Program-made: the position numbers and the translations under genes
Shown here: positions 55,382 to 64,000 of the stretch, piece after piece
How positions within the stretch are numbered: the stretch's first letter is position 1
Layout: every line of letters starts with the position of its first letter
The notes under the pieces: model-generated
What the model saw: the letters and a program-made list of their open reading frames with translations, nothing else
Told to the model about the DNA's origin: nothing
The model's database searches: none
DNA from: Octopus sinensis
Taxonomy: Eukaryota
Length of the DNA: 64,000 bases
NCBI RefSeq assembly: GCF_006345805.1
Contig: NC_043006.1
Span: 67,084,001 to 67,148,000 of the forward strand
Reading direction: 5' to 3'

Positions 55382-56028
55382 TATATGTAAGTACACATTT
55401 CTAAAAATCTTGGACGATTCTATTTCTATCAACCCTTTCACGCTTATTCGTTCATTCCACTCTTCGTTCTTTCGTTCCCCCTCTCTCACATTTCTTTGCC
55501 TTGTCTTCTTACTCACTATCGCTCCACTTTTCACTTCACTGTATCTCTGTCAATTTTTCTCGCCCCTCTTTAATTCTTCTGTCTCTCTACTTCTCTCTTT
55601 TCTCTTACCCCACTTTAATTCTTTTGTTCCTCTGCTTCTAGTTTTCTCTCTCTTCTCTTCCCACGTGACCGATCCGCCAGACTGCTCGCTCTTTCTTTCT
55701 GGGTCTGACCGTGGTCCGTGCAACATCGATATTCTTCCTTGGATATTTATATATACATGTATATATATTATCTAACCAGGAGGGTTGAAAAATGTCCGAA
55801 TTTAGGCTATTTTTAAATACTAACACCACGTGTAAGCAATTTTCGAGCTGGACTTGTATTTACTTCAGAAAGGAAGCGAAACACTGCAAATACCACCCCA
55901 AAGAAATGGCAATTAACACCAAAATGTACTCCAAGAAGCAAAAGTTTACAGCCTACACAAAGTCGCAGCAGAAAAATATGAAACGTGATCGACTGCAGAA
56001 TAAAACTGGATATATAAATACCTGTTCA

Positions 56029-56139
<111 letters not shown>

Positions 56140-56183
56140 ATGTATATATATATATATGTATATATATATAATATATATATATA

Positions 56184-56214
<31 letters not shown>

Positions 56215-56849
56215 GCATATATGAACAATATGGTAATTGTTAATTACTTATATCCTACAATAACTTATATTAATAAATTCTTCAATAACATATTTCATCG
56301 GATCTGCTTATCGATAAGTTGTACATTTATACGTCTATCGATTTTTTCCAGACATGTAAATTCACTTTACAACAGTGATATGTGAATAGAGAAAGAAAAG
56401 TGACATAACTCAACAACCAAGAGAATTTATCCAACATTGTAACGATTCCGAGAACACACCAACTCTTCAAATATGTAGTACCTTGTGAATCCTAGCCGAG
56501 TTACTCGGTATTCGGCGCCATGCATGCGGAACTCCACTTTCTTTTTTGTCAAAGTTAAAAGACAAATTTCGCAAATCAAAAAAAATGCTGGAGGGGTGAG
56601 ATGATTACAAAACAAAGTATTTGGAAGTGAAACACTTGTAAACATCTTTCATTATGGATACAAAAATAAATAAAGTATATTTTCGTTTCAACTTCATAAT
56701 CGTTATCTCGACGTTGGAAAAATTTTATAGCGGAAAATGTCGTTAAAAATATATATTATGAAAGTTATGTGCACATAATTTCGGAGAGGGGGCGCTAATG
56801 TATAGTTTTGATATTCATGTAAATACAGCGTTGTCTGGTTAAACATATT

Positions 56850-57330
56850 TTCGTATGAATTTTAGTTATCATTAGAAGGACAATTATATTCTATGTTCGT
56901 CGACGCATAGAATCCAAAGTGCTATTTGTATACGGCTTGTTCTGTAGAACTCCAGCAGATAGCTGCACACGGTTGTCCTTCATGGGGTAGTATGCCGAAT
57001 GATATCTCTGTGTTTACTTCGCAAGTTGTGAATTTTGTTCGTGTCATCACGTGTACGCTGTAGCCTGCGATTCTCTCATGAACATTGCGCCTAAGTCTGA
57101 TTACACATCCTGCCTGTCGAGGATCATCACCGGTGACAATAGTTAGCTCTACGAGTAATAATACCCTGACACGAAGCAGCAGTCGTCATAATGGAATAGC
57201 CCTTCATCTCCACATCCGAAAAATGCACGACATTGCCGCAGCTCAATCAAGAACATACGTTTTTTTTTTTTTGACACACAGGCTGGTGCTGGAAAATTTT
57301 CACTGTTCATCCTTTTATTGCATTCGTTAT
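56850..57330 (+). mobile_element. Highly decayed mariner transposase fragment
   Basis: SRIITGD.S.LYE..PDTKQQSS*WN resembles ITGDE.W.Y.YDP.TKQQS.QW. Confidence 0.55.
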
Positions 57331-57503
57331 TGATTTGTAAGGTTTATGAGAATTTTGGTAAGGTTCTTTGAAAAATCATGGACTTCTTTATAGACAGATA
57401 CATACTGAGCCTTAAAGATGGAAAATAATTATTAATTTGACACGGTTGATAAATTAAAGGAAAATACAGACCAGATCGAGGGACTAGTATTTGTTTCAAA
57501 TTT

Positions 57504-57714
57504 AAGGCGGCAAGTTGGAAGAAAGGTTTGCACGCCAGGCGAAATGCTTAGCGGTATTTCGTCTGCTGTTACGTTCTGAGTTCAAATTCCGCCGAGATCG
57601 ACTCTGCCTTTATCCTTTCGGGGTCGATAAATTAAGCACTAATTGCGTTCTAGGATCGATCTAATCGACTTTCCCCGTCCCCCAAAATTTCGGATATTGT
57701 GCCTACAGTAGAAA
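57504..57714 (+). mobile_element. SINE family B monomer
   Basis: GGCGAAATGCTTAGCGGTATTTCGTC...TTGTGCCTACAGTAGAAA. Confidence 0.85.
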
Positions 57715-58072
57715 ATTTAGTGGGAGGGGGTGCCAGTCGATTAGATAGATCCCCAGTACATAACTGGTACTTAGTTTATCTACCCCGAATAGATAAAAGG
57801 CAAAGCTGACCACGGCGGAATTTGAACTCAGAACGTAAAGAGAGACGAAGTACCAATTTCTTTACTACTCACAAGGGGCTAAACACAAAGAGAACAAACG
57901 GATTAAGTCGACTACATCGACCCCAGTGCGTAACTGGTACTTATTTAATCGACCCCAAAAGGATGAAAGGCAAAGTCGACCTCGGCGGAATTTGAACTCA
58001 GAACGTAACGGCAGACGAAATACTGCAAAGCATTTCGCACGTGGTGCTAACGAGTCTGTAAGCTCGCAACCA
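57715..58072 (-). mobile_element. SINE family B dimer (first unit with Tx1-type tail)
   Basis: Minus-strand junction GTAGTAAAGAAATTG|GTACTTCGTC at ~57855, equivalent to the junction at 8508. Confidence 0.85.
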
Positions 58073-58250
58073 TAAAATCGATTTGAATGTAATTATTGAA
58101 TACTTTGTATCTCTATCCTTCACCCTCTCTTTCCCTCTCCCTCTTTCTCCCTCTCTCTTTTCTCCTCCTTCCTCTTTTTCCCCTCTCCCTTTACGCTCTA
58201 AAATCTTTTTTGTTTAGTAAATAAGTAATTTCAGAGAATGGAATTTTTAA

Positions 58251-58603
58251 TTGACTGTTCTTTGAGCCACTTCTCCACTACAGTTTTTACTTCCGCGTCA
58301 CTGGAAGTTTGCCTCTCAAACCCTCTTTCATAGGGCCGATGAGATGATAGTCCAGTGACGAGGAAGTGAAAAAAGTAGTGAAGAAGTGGCTCAAAGAACA
58401 GTCAACAGAATTTTACGGAGCAGGTATACATGCTCTCATTCGAAAGTGGAACATTGATATTGAGAGAAACGATGACTATGTTGAGAAGTAGGGATGTGAT
58501 CCACAGATGACCAGCTTCATTTTGATGTATGATACATGTTCCTGTGGTGGTAATTATACCTGTCCTAAACAAAATGGCATTACTTTTTTGACTCACCCTC
58601 GTA
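58251..58603 (+). mobile_element. mariner 3' end (same family as 2400-3397) with an inverted duplicated segment
   Basis: 58351-58603 matches 3147-3397 including TIR+TA. 58251-58350 is the reverse complement of ~3098-3201. Confidence 0.9.
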
Positions 58604-58609
58604 TTATGA

Positions 58610-58980
58610 GAAGGGCGATCTATGGAGGAAATTGACCTCAACGAGTATAAGAACTTAGACATTCTGGAAACAGACCAAATGAAAGAATTGTTATAAAATG
58701 GATGTAAACGGAGACTGAAGTTAGTGTTAAAAAGATAGTTAAGTGTGGTGAAATAAGATGCTGACTGTCAATAAATGGGCCGTTGCAGCTCTGAGATATA
58801 GTGCTGGTGCGATACAGGGGTAAAATAATGATAGAAAGACAAGCAAAATGATGACACTCGAAGGAGCTCTACACCTCCATGTGACGTCGACAGGTTGTAT
58901 CTATCGCGACAAAAAGGAAGAAGTGGTTTCATCAGCTATGAAGTGTGTGTGAAATCTGCAGAAAATAATCTGTATTTGTC
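58610..58980 (+). mobile_element. Decayed R4/Dong-type RT fragment
   Basis: EYKNLDILE, LRYSAG, LHLHVTS/DVDRLYLSRQKGRSGFIS. Confidence 0.55.
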
Positions 58981-59759
58981 GATCATCACCGACAGCATAA
59001 GTATAATTAACCAGCCGGGCTTTCATTTAGTCTCCATCTAAAAGATTAGATTGAAAATATTTAAATAAAGTCGAGAATTTCGTAAAAGATGACGGGAGTA
59101 AGATGTAACGCAGCGAAGTTCACCTTCAAACCATTTGAGTCCAAAGCACATTTAACTACTTGGCCACGATGTGCCTATATGTTTATACATGCACACACAC
59201 ACAAACACACACACACACGCGCACACACAAAGATATAGACATGGAGATACACTTACACATTCATTAAATACATGCGCAATTATCTCTCTCTCACACTCTC
59301 ACTCGCACTTTCTATGTATATACAGTATATATATATATATTCATATGTACATATACATATATATACATATGTAATTCTCTGTATAGACACACGCACACAT
59401 ATATATATATACAAAATATATATAATAGAGATGTGTACGTATTCACTTTTCATATGAAAACATCTTCACCAATTGCTTTCATACTTGTGATGCATGACAT
59501 GAATAATTAGACCTCGGACAAACGGACAAATAATAGGCTGTTCATTTGATTTTTTTTTAAATATTGCTTTTTATATTATATTCACATCTTTGAAAGTTTT
59601 TGAAAATATTGAATTCCGGCTTTCTAGTGTCAGTGACGTAACATATATCGTTATGTATATCTCTCTATCCTTTTCTCCCTCTCTCTCTCTCTCTCTCTCC
59701 ATCTCTATCTATCTATCTATCTACCATCTATCTCTATCTCTCTATAACATATCTCTCTA

Positions 59760-60688
59760 TCTATATCTTTTGTTTAGACTTTCATTTTTCAGACGCTATT
59801 TTTTTCACTATCAATTTTCATACGCCATTATTTAATTTCCATGTTATTGTTTTCACTAAGTTTTCAATCGCTGTTTACAAAATAAACAACGACAAATTAC
59901 TGACAGAAAGAAATTCGCAATTACTGATGTAAGTAATTTCATAATTTACTGACAAAATTATATTCATAAATTTCACTATAATCCGTACAGTTTTGTGTTT
60001 TTCTGTTGTCGACGGTTTCTTTCTGGTTCCTTCGATACTGGCTCTTTGGTTCACTGAGTGACAAATTTCGCTTCAACCCGTAAAATACTTTATTTTCCGT
60101 TAAAATTTATTTACTTTCTGCCCATCGTATTAAGAAACATAATTTCCGTTACCAAGTTATTTTCATTGTTTACTATATTCTGCACCCTTGTATTTCTGTA
60201 TGCATATGTAAATATACCTATGAGAAAAGTGTCAAATATGTCGGCATAAATGCAGCATTCTGTCCCCAACCCGAATTTGGATGATCATAACTTTCAGAAA
60301 AATGGATATTCTTTTAATAAAATGTTCTTCGAATATGTGTTATATCATGTAGATTCTGAATATACAAAATTTTTGAGGGGTAAGTATTTTAGGAGGTGTT
60401 GGGGAAAAAAACCACCGGAGCACATTTCAATTCGTCTTAACTTCCAAGAAAATCGATATGTTTTAATGAAATTCTCCACAAATACACCTCAGACTATGTA
60501 GATTCCGGGGACATAGGAATTTGGGAAGAAAGCGATTGGGGGGTTACTTTTGAGAACTGTGTCCCACTTGGAAACTAGTCGTTTCCTTTTCTCCGTTTTG
60601 TACGTTTATGCATCCGTAGATTTCTACGAAAGTGACAAATAAGGAATGAAGGCAAATTTCAATAAATTTACACCAGAAAACTCGCTGT

Positions 60689-60759
<71 letters not shown>

Positions 60760-60765
60760 CGTGTA

Positions 60766-60798
<33 letters not shown>

Positions 60799-61110
60799 AA
60801 GAGAGAGTGTTGTGTGCGTGTGCGTGTATGTGTGTGTGTACTCTCCGCGCGGCCTTTTATTGTTAATAATCTGTACCTGTTTTTTGGTTACGAAATAAGT
60901 TACAAACATGTATTAACTTTATATACATATAGGAGTTGAAAACATTGCTTTCAGATTTCCCTTAACGTCTCTGTTCCATATTGGCATGGGTTGCAGAATT
61001 ACGTAGAAAGTTGGTATCTCAGCTACTAGCAGTTGAGGTCTACGTGATCTAGACGGCGTTTTAAAATTTCATTTTCTATAACCCGGGCAACGCTGGGTAT
61101 CCGGCTTTGT
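59760..61110 (+). mobile_element. Putative non-autonomous Helitron-like element (5' limit uncertain)
   Basis: 3' hairpin CCCGGGCAACGCTGGG then TATCCGGCTTTGT (61082-61110); internal ~150-bp subrepeat (60285 and 60435); abuts a truncated Tc1. Confidence 0.4.
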
Positions 61111-61615
61111 GCAGCTCCCGGTGAACAGTTTTTGTGCAAACTAGGTTCTTGGGGTGATCATTAAGCTCTGCAGTAATTTTGAGAGCTGTACTTTTGTGAT
61201 ACTTTTTAACAATTTGCGTAACAGTCCGACGGTTCCTATCTAAAAGTTTTGGTTTTCTTCAGGAGTTTTGTTTCGACGAGGTTTTCCGTCTTTCTGAAAG
61301 GCTGTCATTACTTTCGAGACAGTACTTCTTGATACAACAAACATTTCGGCTGTTTTCGTTGCGCTAACGCCTGTCATACGAGCACCAACACTTTGATCTC
61401 TTTGAAAGTCTGATGGATCTGTCATTTTAATGAATTTTAATTATACTTTTCTGATGATATCTGAAAAGAAACGGCAATTTTAGCAAAACATATTAAGCAA
61501 CACTAATAATAAATCAAAAACATAAAAATAAACAAGGTGTTGGCGGTTTTATAGATATTTCAAACTTATGATGCTAAGATGCTAGGTGTTTCCATTATTT
61601 TGTCCAACCCCAGTA
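61111..61615 (-). mobile_element. Tc1-like element, 5' TIR and paired-HTH N-terminus (decayed)
   Basis: TIR-like TACTGGGGTTGGACAAAATAATGGAAACACC; peptide MTDPSDFQRDQSVGARMTGVSATKTAEMFVVSRSTVSKV. Confidence 0.8.
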
Positions 61616-61674
61616 TATAAACAGACCGACAGACAGACAAACAGACAAACAGACAGATAGACAGACAGACAAAC

Positions 61675-61762
<88 letters not shown>

Positions 61763-61777
61763 CGTGGCTGTTACGAT

Positions 61778-61990
61778 CCAAAACCCCACACGATAGGTGA
61801 AAATCCGCAAAGCAGAAACAGCACTGTACTTTTTCTTTTGTAGATTTTTAGAATTATTTTTATAATTTGTAAATATTATTTTATCATAAGGGCAAAACAA
61901 CACCATGGTGGAACAGACGTAAGCTTAAATGATAAACCGCGATAGGTGAAACGCGATAAGTGAACCACGATATAGCGTGGGATTACAGTA
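61778..61990. mobile_element. pogo/Tigger-like MITE end
   Basis: Subterminal CGATAGGTGAA repeats, ending CGATATAGCGTGGGATTACAGTA. Confidence 0.55.
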
Positions 61991-62790
61991 AATATATACG
62001 CATATATATTTATATATCTATACATATAAACGGAAACAGACGCGCACACACACACACATATATTGTATTGTGTATGTATGTATGTATGTATGTATGTATG
62101 TATGTATGTATGTATATGTATCGGTATATAGATAAATATGTGCGTGAGACACTGTACATGAGTGTATGTGTGTATGCATGTATGTCTGTTCGTGTGTGAG
62201 TGCATTAAATCTATGTTTCTTAAAGATGTTCTCTAATTCAGCGAATCTATATAACGTAAACACATTAGACAACACAAGCAGACGACAATCAGACGTTTAT
62301 GGCAACTTAAAAAACCTGATTTCTGGCAAAGATGTCTCCTGTGTGTAGTTTCACTGTTGTTGTCTCTGGTAAAGTTTAGAGGCTATAAAGAATTTAGTTG
62401 TTTGTTCGGAACACCAGCAACATTTCCATATTTCACAAAGACTACTCTAACGTAAATGATTTCTCTATACAAGTGGATTATAACTCTTATTCTTCAAATA
62501 CACACATTCACACACACACGCACACACGCAAAAGCAAACAAACACACACAAACACACATAATGTGTTAGATACATATACGGAAAAATATGTATATGTATA
62601 CATATAATTGTTTGTGTATTTGCACAAACACACAAATGTACACACACACACCTACACACAAACATAAATATATAACATATATGTATGTGTATATATACAT
62701 ACATATATAAAAAAATATATATGTATACATACATCTATATACATATAAGTGTATATATATATACATATATATATGTTTGTATGCATGTAT

Positions 62791-62841
<51 letters not shown>

Positions 62842-62870
62842 GTATATATATATATATATAGATATATATA

Positions 62871-62930
<60 letters not shown>

Positions 62931-63138
62931 GTATATACATGTAGCACTTCCAGTGGTTTCATAGCACCACGGGGACGTTTACTAAGTAGAGATATTTTGG
63001 GAAACTTTGAAACTACTGAAGGCCAGTGAACTACAAACGTCCGGTAAACATATTTCTTTAAAATAAAATGTAACCCCCTCTCTCTCTCTCTTTCACTCTC
63101 TGTATATATATACATGTGCATATATATATATATATTAT

Positions 63139-63186
<48 letters not shown>

Positions 63187-63377
63187 ATATACATATATAT
63201 ATATTTATAAGCGTATATTATTTTCATGAATTCTGAATTCCCTAACGATAAAATTTTACTATTCCGACGCACATGCGCCTACGTATAAATATTACTTTAT
63301 ATATTTATATATACATATTTATACATACATATTCACAAACACTCAACAGAGAGAGAAAGAGAGAGAAAGGGGTAAAT

Positions 63378-63535
63378 AGAGTGGCTGTGTTGTAAGTAGC
63401 TTGCTAACCAACCACATGGTTCCGGGTTCAGTCCCACTGCGTGGCATCTTGGGCAAGTGTCTTCTGCTATAGCCCCGGGCCGACCAATGCCTTGTGAGTG
63501 GATTTGGTAGACAGAAACTGAAAGAAGCCTGTCGT
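63378..63535 (+). mobile_element. SINE family A, 5' half
   Basis: GAGTGGCTGTGTTGTAAG...GGGTTCAGTCCCACTGCGTGGCATCTTGGGCAAGTG, then (TA)n. Confidence 0.85.
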
Positions 63536-63536
63536 A

Positions 63537-63581
<45 letters not shown>

Positions 63582-64000
63582 ACATCACAATCAAGGAATG
63601 GCCATAATAGGCCATTCACCCACTAGAAATAACAGCCAAAGCTTCAACCGCAAAATAACATTAATTCCGCAAACCAGGAGAAAATTAAAAAAACATTTAC
63701 CCTGTAATTTCTTATACGATGCACCGTTTCATCTATTGTTTAATGGTAAACTAACCTGATTAAATAAATCAAGCCAATCTTCCATAGGCCCATAGATTCG
63801 TCAGTAAGAAACAGCCAGGTCCGAGCAGATATTATCACGAGGCATCTCTATCCCTGCCTCGGCAATATCTGACCTAAAATTTTCAAATCATCGCACTCGC
63901 GCCAAATTTATCGGCAGCAAATATAAGCCGCCGATTCCATTACGGAATTAACAAGAGAATTCATAATTAATCAATATAGGGTGGCAAAAAAATTCGTAGA

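Overview
This is AT-rich, microsatellite-saturated eukaryotic DNA. The tRNA-derived SINE families and repeat landscape point to a coleoid cephalopod, most likely Octopus (inference). No host protein-coding gene can be supported, and nearly all ORFs in the track are low-complexity artefacts. The window is a mosaic of transposable elements. The largest is a ~6.5-kb Penelope-like element (RT + GIY-YIG) with 2.1-kb inverted terminal repeats, each ending in a minimal type-I hammerhead ribozyme (32840-39367). There is also a miniature foldback with the same architecture and several older Penelope remnants. Five L1/Tx1-type LINE insertions have 3' ends that all abut (TATC)n/(GATA)n, and one has a twin-priming-like 5' inversion. 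A cluster of R4/Dong-type (RLE) LINE fragments sits in (TAA)n tracts. An RTE remnant, several Tc1/mariner relics, Helitron/MITE pieces and at least three SINE families are also present. The most notable candidate system is a SINE subfamily carrying the ~45-nt 3' tail of the GATA-associated Tx1 LINE. It forms head-sharing tandem arrays at the same site inside its own family, within a wider partitioning of retroelement clades by microsatellite type. There is a 100-N scaffold gap at 31499-31598.
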